Position numbers and translations under genes: made by a program
Notes under the pieces: generated by a model
Seen by the model: only the letters and a program-made list of their open reading frames with translations
Database searches by the model: none
Told to the model about the DNA's origin: nothing
Part shown: positions 47,510 through 56,709 of the stretch, in pieces
How positions within the stretch are numbered: the first letter of the stretch is position 1
Layout of the letters: every line of letters begins with the position of its first letter
Source: Candidatus Latescibacterota bacterium
Lineage (GTDB): Bacteria; Latescibacterota; UBA2968
Length of the DNA stretch: 64,000 nucleotides
Assembly: GCA_965222605.1 (NCBI GenBank)
Contig: OZ244960.1
Coordinates: 6,274,377-6,338,376 of the forward strand
Direction of reading: 5' to 3'

Positions 47510-50179
47510 TTAAAAGGTGAAATTGTAATTGGCTTTTGCGTACAGGAATGTGCCGCCAAAGCCATAAGGGCTATACTCGCCAAATGGCCTGCCAACTATG
47601 GGGCCTGGATTGACGCCCTCTTCGATATTATCAGGCTCGACATTGAGAATATTCTGAATTCCGGCGATTATTGTCGTTCCATCGCCAATTGAGAGACTGG
47701 ACTCGAGATCAATCAAAAACGCGTTCCCAAAGACTTGATGACCAACACTCCACTCATCCCAGGAACCGTAATAATTGACGCGGCCCAATGCACTCCAATA
47801 CTCGGTCAGAGGTCTTGTCAGAGTCAAATTTCCTCGATGTCTGGGAAGGCCCTTCTCCAATAGGGTAATGCGCTGTTCATTGAGAACTTGAGAGTCGTAT
47901 TTGGTGATCTCGGTGGAGGTATAGTTATACGCGAGGCTCAGTGTGCCCGTACACCTCACTGGCGCTGTGAGAACGAGGTCAATACCCTGGGTTTTTGTCT
48001 CAAAGTTATTGGTAAAGAACCGAAATTCTTGCAGGTTTCTCGCGTTTATGCCTGTGGCTTCCAACTGATCAATCTGTTGGGGCGTAAGTGCTTTATCGCT
48101 GGAGGTCGCCATGCGGTCTTTTAGTGAAATATTGAAGTAATCGAGCGTTATATTTACCGGGGGAATACCGGTACCTGCGGGATAAATGGGAATTGTTAAA
48201 ATAAGGCCCGTCGAGATATTGACCGACTTTTCTGGTTTAAGTCCTTCGCCTCCTACGAGTGCGGCTGCTGGGTGGGTAGAGGGAATCGTGCCTCTATTGA
48301 CCAGGATGAAATTGCCGTCGTCATCTTCACCGAATTCGGTCGTGACGTTAAAGGCATTTTGTTGGCCGGGCGACGGCGCTCTGAAGCCGGTGCTAAAGCT
48401 GCCGCGCACTTTCACATTCTCGTTCACCCCGTAGTTAGTCGCCACCTTGAAGTTGGTCGTGGCGCCAAAATCCTCGAAGTTTTCAAAGCGCAGTGCTACA
48501 CCGAGCAACCAGTTTTCCTGTGGGTTAAATTCGGCATCCCCATAAACAGCCCAATTGGAGCGGCTCCAGCTTCCCGCGGCAATATCGCCGAAACCGGGGA
48601 AACCGTTGGAGCCCGAGCTAAATCCCTGACTCGCCAGTGGACCTATTTCAAAAGACTCGCGCTGTCCAGCCACAACTTCAAAATTTTCAACACGATATTC
48701 AAGACCAGCGGCGAAGAAAAACTGTTCGCTGAAGGGATATGTCACGTCAAAGTTTAAATTGGTATCTGTCTGGATATAGTCTCCGGGATTAAATTCCGTC
48801 GGCGTATTGGGGCCGAGGGAAGCGTTCACAGTATTAAAAATAAAGAAATCGGAATAGTGGCGACCATAAGATGCACTGAGGTCCCATGTCAGAAGCGATC
48901 GCGTTCCCTTGATACCCGCCAGAAAGGCACGGTCTTCTGTATTCCCGCCAAATCGGGGGGTAAAACCACCGGGAAAGAGTTCCCGGAATGTGAACAAATT
49001 GGGGTCGTCGAAAACCTGTTTTAAGGCTGCTGCATCCGGCTCTGAACAGGTTATGGGTACCACGGGAACATCGCCACCACTCATATTGCCAACGAGCAAT
49101 GTCGCTGTCAGCGTTCCGTTCACCCCCTGGACAATACCCAGTTTCTCCGCTTCGGCCTGAGTATAGTAGTCGGTGCCGTCCCACATCAATACGGGTCCTT
49201 GATATACGGCACCTCGCGTATTGGGATTTCGGAAGTAGAACCCACCTTCAACTTCCTTGCTCGCATAGTTACCGTGTCCGTAGAACTCGATATTCTCGTT
49301 GATGGTAGCGCCGTAGTTGGCAAAAATTTTCAGATCGTCTCTAACAAAGGGTTGACCCCAGGGTTGGGCGGGATTGGCTACATGGGTATTGCCCCTGCCA
49401 ATCAAACTCGCGGCATCGTCGCGCTGGACAGAGCGATCGGTTTCATCCGTATTCCCATATTCCACGCTGAGGTTGATCCATGTATCTGGTGTGCCGAGAC
49501 CGATGTTGCCAGCCAGGGCGTAAGTGCCTCCGTCCCCATGCCGAAAAATACCGGGTTTGACTTCAATAGAGCCGCTTTCGTAATTATCTTTGAGTTCAAA
49601 ATTCAACACGCCGGCGATGGCATCAGAACCGTATTGCGCGGATGCGCCATCGCGCAGTACTTCCACGCGTTTGAGGGCAATACTCGGAATGGCAGATATA
49701 TCTGGCCCCTGCGCGGCATCGGACAGGCCATTGCCCAGCCAGTAAATCACAGATGCGCGATGGCGTCGCTTGCCGTTGATGAGTACCAGCGCGTGGTCGG
49801 GTGCCAGCCCTCGCAGATTCGGGGGACGGACGATGGTTGCTGCATCGCTGATCGGCTGGAGGTTGACATTGTAAGAGGGTACGACATTTCTCAGAAGATC
49901 CTGCACATCGCTACCGCCTTGTTTGACGAAATCTTCGCCGGTAACAACATCAATGGGCACGGCAGATTCGGTAACAGAACGCGGTTGCGCGCGAGTACCG
50001 ATAACCACTAATTCTTCGAGTACGACCACTTCTTCGAGTATATCTGTGAGTGGGGGTAAGGCAGACGTTGTATCCGCGCCTTCGGTACGCGGCGTTTCCT
50101 GTGATATGGCGGAGCCACTCATCGCGAGCAAGGCAGCGATGCCAATGGCAAGAGACCTGAAATGAGATTTATTTTGCAT
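47510..50179 (-). CDS. TonB-dependent receptor (paralog 1)
   Basis: Signal peptide, TonB box EELVVIG, plug LRGLAPDHALVLINGKRRH...RVEVLRDGASAQYGSDAIAGV, terminal F. Confidence 0.93.
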   Translation of the reverse strand: MQNKSHFRSLAIGIAALLAMSGSAISQETPRTEGADTTSALPPLTDILEEVVVLEELVVIGTRAQPRSVTESAVPIDVVTGEDFVKQGGSDVQDLLRNVVPSYNVNLQPISDAATIVRPPNLRGLAPDHALVLINGKRRHRASVIYWLGNGLSDAAQGPDISAIPSIALKRVEVLRDGASAQYGSDAIAGVLNFELKDNYESGSIEVKPGIFRHGDGGTYALAGNIGLGTPDTWINLSVEYGNTDETDRSVQRDDAASLIGRGNTHVANPAQPWGQPFVRDDLKIFANYGATINENIEFYGHGNYASKEVEGGFYFRNPNTRGAVYQGPVLMWDGTDYYTQAEAEKLGIVQGVNGTLTATLLVGNMSGGDVPVVPITCSEPDAAALKQVFDDPNLFTFRELFPGGFTPRFGGNTEDRAFLAGIKGTRSLLTWDLSASYGRHYSDFFIFNTVNASLGPNTPTEFNPGDYIQTDTNLNFDVTYPFSEQFFFAAGLEYRVENFEVVAGQRESFEIGPLASQGFSSGSNGFPGFGDIAAGSWSRSNWAVYGDAEFNPQENWLLGVALRFENFEDFGATTNFKVATNYGVNENVKVRGSFSTGFRAPSPGQQNAFNVTTEFGEDDDGNFILVNRGTIPSTHPAAALVGGEGLKPEKSVNISTGLILTIPIYPAGTGIPPVNITLDYFNISLKDRMATSSDKALTPQQIDQLEATGINARNLQEFRFFTNNFETKTQGIDLVLTAPVRCTGTLSLAYNYTSTEITKYDSQVLNEQRITLLEKGLPRHRGNLTLTRPLTEYWSALGRVNYYGSWDEWSVGHQVFGNAFLIDLESSLSIGDGTTIIAGIQNILNVEPDNIEEGVNPGPIVGRPFGEYSPYGFGGTFLYAKANYNFTF

Positions 50180-50280
50180 AAAAAAACTCCTTTGTGTTAT
50201 GGGCATAGGGACGAGACATAGACACAGGGACGAGACATAGTTCTGGATAAAATAAATCAACACCTATTTAAGTGCTAATA

Positions 50281-50319
50281 AAAAAAGAAGGCGAGTCTGA
50301 AAAAACTCGCCTTCTTTTT
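50281..50319 (-). terminator. Intrinsic terminator between the TBDR genes
   Basis: AAAAAGAAGGCGAGT...ACTCGCCTTCTTTTT. Confidence 0.8.
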
Positions 50320-50351
50320 GATTGGGTGAGAAAAATACTTTGAGCTACGAC

Positions 50352-53003
50352 CTAAAAGCTGAAGTTGTATTTTCCATACCAGAATGCGCCGCTAAAACCA
50401 AATGGGCTGAACTGGCTGTATAAATGGCCCGAACCGCTCCTTGCATGTGGATTGATGTCGGGATAGATACCGAGGATGTTCTGACCGCCAACAGTTACCG
50501 TTGAGTGCTCCGCAACGGTATAACTAACTTCGGCGTCCATTATCCATTCGTCGCCATAAACGAAGTCATCTTCTTGATCGTACCACGAACTGTAATACCG
50601 GACGCGACCCAGTATTTCCAGCATATCGTTTATGGGTTGTACCACAGTCAAATTCCCACGGTGCCTGGGAAGAGACTCTTGTAATTCTCGGATACTTTGA
50701 GCGCCCAGGGTTTCCAGATTGTGTTTGACCACTTCGGTATTCGTAAAGTTATAGGCCAGACTCAGCCGACCATCACACCACACCGGAGCGGTGAGAACGA
50801 TGTCAATACCCTGGGTTTTGGTGTCAAAATCATTGACGAAAAATTTGAAATTTGTGATAAAGTTGGCAGCGGTGATACCTGCCTGGAGCAGATCATCGAC
50901 CTCTGATTGGGTAAGGGAGAAATTCTGCGAGAGCGTCAAGCGTCCCTTCACCAAAATGTGGAAATAGTCGAGCGTGATATTGACAGGAGAAATACCGGTA
51001 TCCACGGGAAAAACGGGAATTGTAAAAACAACGCCAGCCGAGATATTGGTCGATTTTTCGGGATCGAGCGCCCCACCACCCTTGGATTCTGCTACGGGAT
51101 TGGTTGAGGGGATGGTGCCATCATTTGTCAAATCACCTATTGAGGGATCGAAGATCGTGGATACGTTAAAGGCATTTTGCTGCCCCGGCGTGGGTGCTCT
51201 AAAGCCAGTGCTAAAACTCCCGCGCACTTTTGTATTCTCGCTAATCCCGTAGTTAGTCGCCACTTTGAAGTTGGTTGTGGATCCAAAATCATCGAAGTTT
51301 TCAAAGCGCAACGCAGCGCCGACCAACCAGTTTTCCTGCGGATTAAATTCAGCGTCTCCATAAATCGCCCAGTTGGAGCGGCTCCAGGTCCCTGCGGCAA
51401 TGTCACCAAATCCCGAAAACCCATTGGACGCGACAGTAAATCCATACTCAGCCAGCGGGCCTTTTTGATAAGACTCGACCTGGCCTTTCACTATTTCAAA
51501 ATTTTCTGTGCGGTATTCAAGACCGGCAGCAAAGAAAAACTGCTCGCTGAACGGATAGGTTATATCAAAGTTGAGATTGGTATCTGTCTGGATATAGGTT
51601 CCGGGATCAAAGCTCGTCGGCGTATTGGGGCCGAGGGAGGCGTTCACGGTATTGAAGATGAAATAATCGGCTTTGTTGCGCCCATAAGACGCGCTGAGAT
51701 CCCATGTCAACAACTCTTGCGATCCCTTGATACCTGCCAAAAAGGCGCGGTCATCCGCGTTCGCACCAAATCGGGGCGTGAAGCCACCGGGAAACATTTC
51801 CTGGAATGTGAACCAATCGGGGTCGTCGAAAACTCGTTTTAAGGCTACCGGATCCACCACATCGCAGGAGATGGGCACGACGGGAACATCGAGACCGGTC
51901 TGATTCACATGGCCAACGAGCAATGTCGCTGTCAGCGTACCATTTACGCCATCGACAATACCCAGAGCTTCGGCTTCAGATGGCGTGTAATAGTTGGTGC
52001 CGTCAAACATCAATACGGGTCCCTTGAATACGCCACCTCGCGTATTGGGATTGCGGAAGTAGAACCCGCCTTCAACTTCTTTGCTCGCATAGTTGCCATG
52101 TCCGTATAATTTGATATTCTCATTGATGGTAACACCGTAGTTGACAAAGAATTTCAGGTCGTCTCTAATGAAAGGCTGTCCCCAAATTTGCGCGGGGTCG
52201 GCCACCTGGGTATTGCCCGTGCGTATCAAACGCGCGGCATCGTCGCGTTGTACCGAACGGTCAGTTTCATCCTCGTTGCCATACTCCGCGCTGAAGTTGA
52301 CCCAGGCATCTGGCGTGCCCAGACCGATATTGCCGGCAAAAGCATAAGAGAAACCATCGCCTTGTTGAAAAATGCCGGGTTTGACCTCAAAAGAACCGCC
52401 TTTGTAATTGTCTTTAAGCTCGAAATTCAACACACCGGCAATGGCGTCAGAACCGTATTGCGCGGACGCGCCATCGCGCAGGACTTCTACGCGCTTGAGG
52501 GCGATAGCGGGGATGGGGGCTATGTCGGGACCCTGCGCGCCGTCGGCGACACCATTGGTTATCCAGTGAATGACAGCAGCGCGGTGGCGTCGCTTGCCAT
52601 TGATGAGGACCAGCGTGTGGTCGGGTGCCAACCCTCGCATACTGGGCGGCCGCACGACGGTTGAGGCATCGCTGATCGGGTTTGTGTTCACGTTGTAAGA
52701 AGGCACCATATCTCGCAGAAGATTTTGTACATCCGTATCGCCTTGCTTGACGAAATCTTCGCCAGTAACGACATCGATGGGCACCGCTGACTCGGCGACA
52801 GAACGCGGCTGAGCACGGGAACCAATGACCACCAATTCTTCGAGTATGACCACTTCTTCGAGTATATCTGTGAGCGGGGGTAAGGTAGCCGTTGTATCCG
52901 CCTCTTCGGTACGCGGCTTTTCCTGCGATACGGCAATGCCACTCATCGCAAGCAGAGCGGCGATGCCAAGGGAGAGAGACTTAAAATGATACTTGTGCTT
53001 CAT
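50352..53003 (-). CDS. TonB-dependent receptor (paralog 2)
   Basis: Same motifs as paralog 1; AAAGGAG RBS; terminal YNFSF. Confidence 0.93.
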   Translation of the reverse strand: MKHKYHFKSLSLGIAALLAMSGIAVSQEKPRTEEADTTATLPPLTDILEEVVILEELVVIGSRAQPRSVAESAVPIDVVTGEDFVKQGDTDVQNLLRDMVPSYNVNTNPISDASTVVRPPSMRGLAPDHTLVLINGKRRHRAAVIHWITNGVADGAQGPDIAPIPAIALKRVEVLRDGASAQYGSDAIAGVLNFELKDNYKGGSFEVKPGIFQQGDGFSYAFAGNIGLGTPDAWVNFSAEYGNEDETDRSVQRDDAARLIRTGNTQVADPAQIWGQPFIRDDLKFFVNYGVTINENIKLYGHGNYASKEVEGGFYFRNPNTRGGVFKGPVLMFDGTNYYTPSEAEALGIVDGVNGTLTATLLVGHVNQTGLDVPVVPISCDVVDPVALKRVFDDPDWFTFQEMFPGGFTPRFGANADDRAFLAGIKGSQELLTWDLSASYGRNKADYFIFNTVNASLGPNTPTSFDPGTYIQTDTNLNFDITYPFSEQFFFAAGLEYRTENFEIVKGQVESYQKGPLAEYGFTVASNGFSGFGDIAAGTWSRSNWAIYGDAEFNPQENWLVGAALRFENFDDFGSTTNFKVATNYGISENTKVRGSFSTGFRAPTPGQQNAFNVSTIFDPSIGDLTNDGTIPSTNPVAESKGGGALDPEKSTNISAGVVFTIPVFPVDTGISPVNITLDYFHILVKGRLTLSQNFSLTQSEVDDLLQAGITAANFITNFKFFVNDFDTKTQGIDIVLTAPVWCDGRLSLAYNFTNTEVVKHNLETLGAQSIRELQESLPRHRGNLTVVQPINDMLEILGRVRYYSSWYDQEDDFVYGDEWIMDAEVSYTVAEHSTVTVGGQNILGIYPDINPHARSGSGHLYSQFSPFGFSGAFWYGKYNFSF

Positions 53004-53073
53004 AGCAAGCTCCTTTGTATTGAAAACGAGGGAGAGTTGCGGTTTTGGATTGTACGCACTCCTAAACCTGCAA

Positions 53074-53102
53074 AAAGTAGCTCTATAAACGCTGTGCGTC
53101 AA
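53074..53102 (-). promoter_or_regulatory. Sigma70-like promoter of TBDR paralog 2
   Basis: TTGACG-N17-TACTTT on the minus strand. Confidence 0.55.
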
Positions 53103-53211
53103 TACCTAATTGCTTGACGAATGTAAACTAATGTAGTATGCGAACGTATGTATATGCCAATTTGCAATTAAGGGCCTATTTATATATATTTTCTAATTTG
53201 ATATGTGAGAC

Positions 53212-53237
53212 GGGCGAACACGCGGGATTGTTCCTAC
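53212..53237 (-). repeat. Degenerate GTAG-type REP
   Basis: Minus strand GTAGGAACAATCCCGCGTGTTCGCCC. Confidence 0.5.
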
Positions 53238-53327
53238 AACTAACAACTACCCAAAGTCACATATCGTATTTTTAAGGGATTCGCGATGAGAAAAATTCAT
53301 CAGGTTTAAACCAAAGGGGGTTGCGTT

Positions 53328-53489
53328 TTGAAGTCCAGTTACGTAAATAAAGACCTCGAAGAAACCAGACGGCTACTTACGCTGGTGCGGCAGGGTGGGA
53401 AGTGTGGCAAAAAGGCGCGTAAGAAACTGGAAGCCAAAGGCATCAGATATTACACATCTGAAGAAGCCGAGAGTCTCGGAATTGAGTAA
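53328..53489 (+). CDS. Small basic protein (53 aa), not in the ORF track
   Basis: AAGGGGG RBS and TTG start: MKSSYVNKDLEETRRLLTLVRQGGKCGKKARKKLEAKGIRYYTSEEAESLGIE*; a hairpin and T-run follow. Confidence 0.55.
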   Translation: MKSSYVNKDLEETRRLLTLVRQGGKCGKKARKKLEAKGIRYYTSEEAESLGIE

Positions 53490-53524
53490 AAAAAGAAAGG
53501 CGTGCGAAAGCGGCCTTTTTTTCT

Positions 53525-54124
53525 ATGAATGATTCTGGAATCATCCTTATAGGCGGCGAAAGCAGGCGAATGGGCAAACCCAAGTACAGCTTGCCTTTTG
53601 GCGGTGAAACCCTGCTTCAGCGAAGTGTCAGAAATCTGAGGGGAGCGGTTTGTCCAATTGCGATTGTGGGCGCGCCCGACCAGGATTTGCCCGCCATACC
53701 CCATGTGTTATCTATATGTGATCCCGTTGCCGGGCAAGGTCCGTTAATGGGACTGATGGCAGGGTTAAAACATGTCGAAGGTGTTTCTGAATGGGCGATA
53801 GGGACGAGTTGCGACATGCCATTTATCAGCACTGAATTGATCCAATGCCTCAAATCGCAGAGAACAACAGAGGCAGAAATCGTCCTTCCGCGCATAGATG
53901 GGCAGTTTTATCCCTTGTGCGCGTTTTATCGAACGGCTCTCTGGCGAAAGGCCAAATTGCTACTCGAAAAAGGGGAACGGCGGCTTTTGGCATTGGTCGA
54001 TGTGTGCCGCGTTCAGATTGTTGAACGAGACGCACTCGTACAGGTTGATCCCGACCTTAGGTTTTTGATGAATATCAATACGCCTCAATGTTATCAGCGT
54101 GCCCTTGAGTTTTTGCAGCGATGA
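53525..54124 (+). CDS. mobA: Molybdenum cofactor guanylyltransferase
   Basis: ILIGGESRRMGKPK, GQGPLMGL, SCDMPF, PLCAFY, NINTP. Confidence 0.9.
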   Translation: MNDSGIILIGGESRRMGKPKYSLPFGGETLLQRSVRNLRGAVCPIAIVGAPDQDLPAIPHVLSICDPVAGQGPLMGLMAGLKHVEGVSEWAIGTSCDMPFISTELIQCLKSQRTTEAEIVLPRIDGQFYPLCAFYRTALWRKAKLLLEKGERRLLALVDVCRVQIVERDALVQVDPDLRFLMNINTPQCYQRALEFLQR

Positions 54125-54219
54125 GGTTGGGCGGACGGACAGCTATACACTGTTGACGATATTCTTTTTTCGCATATATTGCCACGTATCCATTTACTTA
54201 TCACCAAGGAGTTATCACG

Positions 54220-54522
54220 ATGAATATTGAAGACAAAACCCTGCTGACTGAAGATGAGATTCGCGCAGAGGTTGCCGATCTCGAGGGATGGGAATATCTG
54301 GAAGACTCAAAAGAATTGCAGCGCGTTTGGCATTTTGAGAAATTTGTGCCAACCATGGCTTTTGTACGCAGGCTGACAGAGATTATGGATGAAAATAATC
54401 ACCATTCGGATATCAGCCTCAACAGCCGAACAAAAACCCTCACGGTCACGGTGACGACCCATAGTGAAAATGCTGTTACCCGCGCAGATCTCGATTTTGC
54501 CGGGTCGGTAAATCAGGGGTAG
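54220..54522 (+). CDS. Pterin-4-alpha-carbinolamine dehydratase
   Basis: GW...NHHSDI...TTHS...VTRADLDFA. Upstream TTGACG-N16-TATATT and AAGGAG. Confidence 0.85.
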   Translation: MNIEDKTLLTEDEIRAEVADLEGWEYLEDSKELQRVWHFEKFVPTMAFVRRLTEIMDENNHHSDISLNSRTKTLTVTVTTHSENAVTRADLDFAGSVNQG

Positions 54523-54540
54523 AAAATTATTGGAGGCGGA

Positions 54541-55893
54541 ATGAAGGTGAATGTCAATATTCAGCCTGGCGACTTAAAAGTCAGGCTGAATCGTTTTTTT
54601 GAACTGGCTGCACAGAAAATTCGCAATATTGATTCGACGTGGGATCCAGGCCGGGGAACACCGGTATTTACAGAAGGTGGTAAATACACCACGCGCGGAT
54701 GGACCGAGTGGACGCAGGGATTTCAATTTGGATGCGCCATTTTGGGATATGAAATTACGCAAGAGGAAGACCTGTTGCAGATTGGACGCAAGGGTACGCT
54801 CGATCGCATGGCGTCTCATGTGACGCATATTGGCGTACACGATCACGGGTTTAACAATGTATCGACTTATGGCAATTTGCGCCGGTTGATGCGAGAGGGT
54901 ATGATTCCAAAAAATGAGTGGGAGCAGCACTTTTACGAACTGGCGCTCAAGGCATCTGGCGCTGTTCAGGCTGCTCGCTGGACAACTATCGGCGATGGCA
55001 AAGGGTATATTCATTCGTTTAATGGGCCGCATTCCCTGTTTTCAGATACCATCAGGTCTTGCCGCGCATTGGCTGTCGCGCACGATCTTGGCCACGTTTT
55101 GATGGGGGAGAATGACCGCGCAATTTCGCTGCTCGAGTGCCTAATTCACCACGCAGAAACGACCGCGCAGTTCAATGTGTATTACGGTGAGGGGCGCGAC
55201 CAGTACGATGTGCGGGGACGGGTTGTACACGAGTCCATTTTTAATGTCAACGACGGCAATTACCGCTGCCCGAGTACACAGCAGGGTTATTCGCCATTTT
55301 CGACATGGACCCGGGGGTTGGCCTGGATTGTGACTGGCTATGCAGAATTGCTCGAATATATAGCAACCCTGTCAGATGACGCACTTGATCTCTATGGCGG
55401 CAAAGATGCGATCACTGGCTGGATGCTCAAGGCCGCTCGTGCAACGGCCGATTATTATATCGACTGTATCACGACAGCGGATGGCATTCCATTTTGGGAT
55501 GCGGGTGCGCCGGGCTTGATAGAGGGCTATGGGGATAAAATGTCGGATCCTTACAATGCGTGCGAACCCGTAGATAGTTCTGCTGCTGCTATTGCAGCGC
55601 AAGGGCTTTACCGTTTGGGCAAATATCTGGGCGACGCGCGTTACTCGCAGGCCGCATTAACCGTGGCCCATACGCTATTTGATGCACCCTATTTGTCCGA
55701 GGATGAGGAACACCAGGGGTTTATTCTCCATTCTATTTATCACAATCCCAATGGGTGGGATTATGTGCCCAGGGGGCAAAAAGTAGCATGCGGCGAGTCT
55801 TCGATGTGGGGAGATTATCACGCGATGGAATTGGCGGTTTTGCTCCAAAGGGAGATAGATAACGCGCCATATCTGACGTTTTTTGATCAGTAA
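54541..55893 (+). CDS. Glycoside hydrolase family 88-like protein
   Basis: WTEWTQGF, HDHGF, TQQGYSPFSTWTRGLAW, DSSAAAIAA, WGDY. Confidence 0.85.
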   Translation: MKVNVNIQPGDLKVRLNRFFELAAQKIRNIDSTWDPGRGTPVFTEGGKYTTRGWTEWTQGFQFGCAILGYEITQEEDLLQIGRKGTLDRMASHVTHIGVHDHGFNNVSTYGNLRRLMREGMIPKNEWEQHFYELALKASGAVQAARWTTIGDGKGYIHSFNGPHSLFSDTIRSCRALAVAHDLGHVLMGENDRAISLLECLIHHAETTAQFNVYYGEGRDQYDVRGRVVHESIFNVNDGNYRCPSTQQGYSPFSTWTRGLAWIVTGYAELLEYIATLSDDALDLYGGKDAITGWMLKAARATADYYIDCITTADGIPFWDAGAPGLIEGYGDKMSDPYNACEPVDSSAAAIAAQGLYRLGKYLGDARYSQAALTVAHTLFDAPYLSEDEEHQGFILHSIYHNPNGWDYVPRGQKVACGESSMWGDYHAMELAVLLQREIDNAPYLTFFDQ

Positions 55894-55915
55894 AATGGGG
55901 TGGAGAATGTGGCGG

Positions 55916-56707
55916 ATGCAAAATAAAAGCACTCCAGCATATGCATGGCTAATCGGCCTTCTTTTCGTTGGATTCGCGTCTCAAAGTGAAGCCGATTCCT
56001 TCGATTATGCACCGTTCAACCGCGCGCTCGGGCGGGTTGTGAATACACAGGGGTGTGTGGATTACGAGGCCGCAAAAACAGATGCGGATTTGCAAGCTTT
56101 TGTGGATCAACTCGCGCGGATCAGCCCCGATACGCATCCAGCACTTTTTTCCAGTCCTGCGGACAGCCTTGCCTTTTGGATCAATGCGTACAACGCCTGT
56201 GTACTTTCGGGGGTATCAAAAGCCTATCCCGTTTCTTCCGTGACCGAAATCGCACCGCTTTTTGGCTTCTTTAAAATATATCGGTTTGTTGTTGGCGGGC
56301 ACAGGATCACATTGGATCAAATCGAGCACGAGATTATTCGCAAGCAGTTTGCCGATCCGCGCATTCACGCGGCTATCAATTGTGCGGCAGTGAGTTGCCC
56401 GCGTCTGCTAAACGAAGCATTTACACCTGACAAACTGGATGATCAACTCAATTCGGTTATGCGAGATATGATTCGCAACCCAATGCACGTCGAGATCAAT
56501 CGGGAGACGAAGGTTGTGAGTCTATCAGCGATTTTCGATTGGTTTTCCTCTGATTTCACGTCTTATGTGCAAGCGCGTGAGGCCGGTGAGACCGTGTTGG
56601 ATTATGTCTCTCTTTTTTTATCGAAAGACGATATCCTGTATTTGCAAAATCACCCCGATCTTCAAATTGTGTTTTTAGATTACGATTGGTCTCTTAATAG
56701 CCAGTAA
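55916..56707 (+). CDS. DUF547 domain-containing exported protein
   Basis: LAFWINAYNA, TLDQIEHEIIR, DPRIHAAINCAAVSCP, IFDWF, YDWSLN. Confidence 0.9.
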   Translation: MQNKSTPAYAWLIGLLFVGFASQSEADSFDYAPFNRALGRVVNTQGCVDYEAAKTDADLQAFVDQLARISPDTHPALFSSPADSLAFWINAYNACVLSGVSKAYPVSSVTEIAPLFGFFKIYRFVVGGHRITLDQIEHEIIRKQFADPRIHAAINCAAVSCPRLLNEAFTPDKLDDQLNSVMRDMIRNPMHVEINRETKVVSLSAIFDWFSSDFTSYVQAREAGETVLDYVSLFLSKDDILYLQNHPDLQIVFLDYDWSLNSQ

Positions 56708-56709
56708 AA

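Noticed and set aside
53130-53195. Possible ModE box upstream of mobA/TBDR
   Set aside because: AT-rich TATATA runs are present, but not the paired ATCGxTATATA-N6-TATATAxCGAT dyad.
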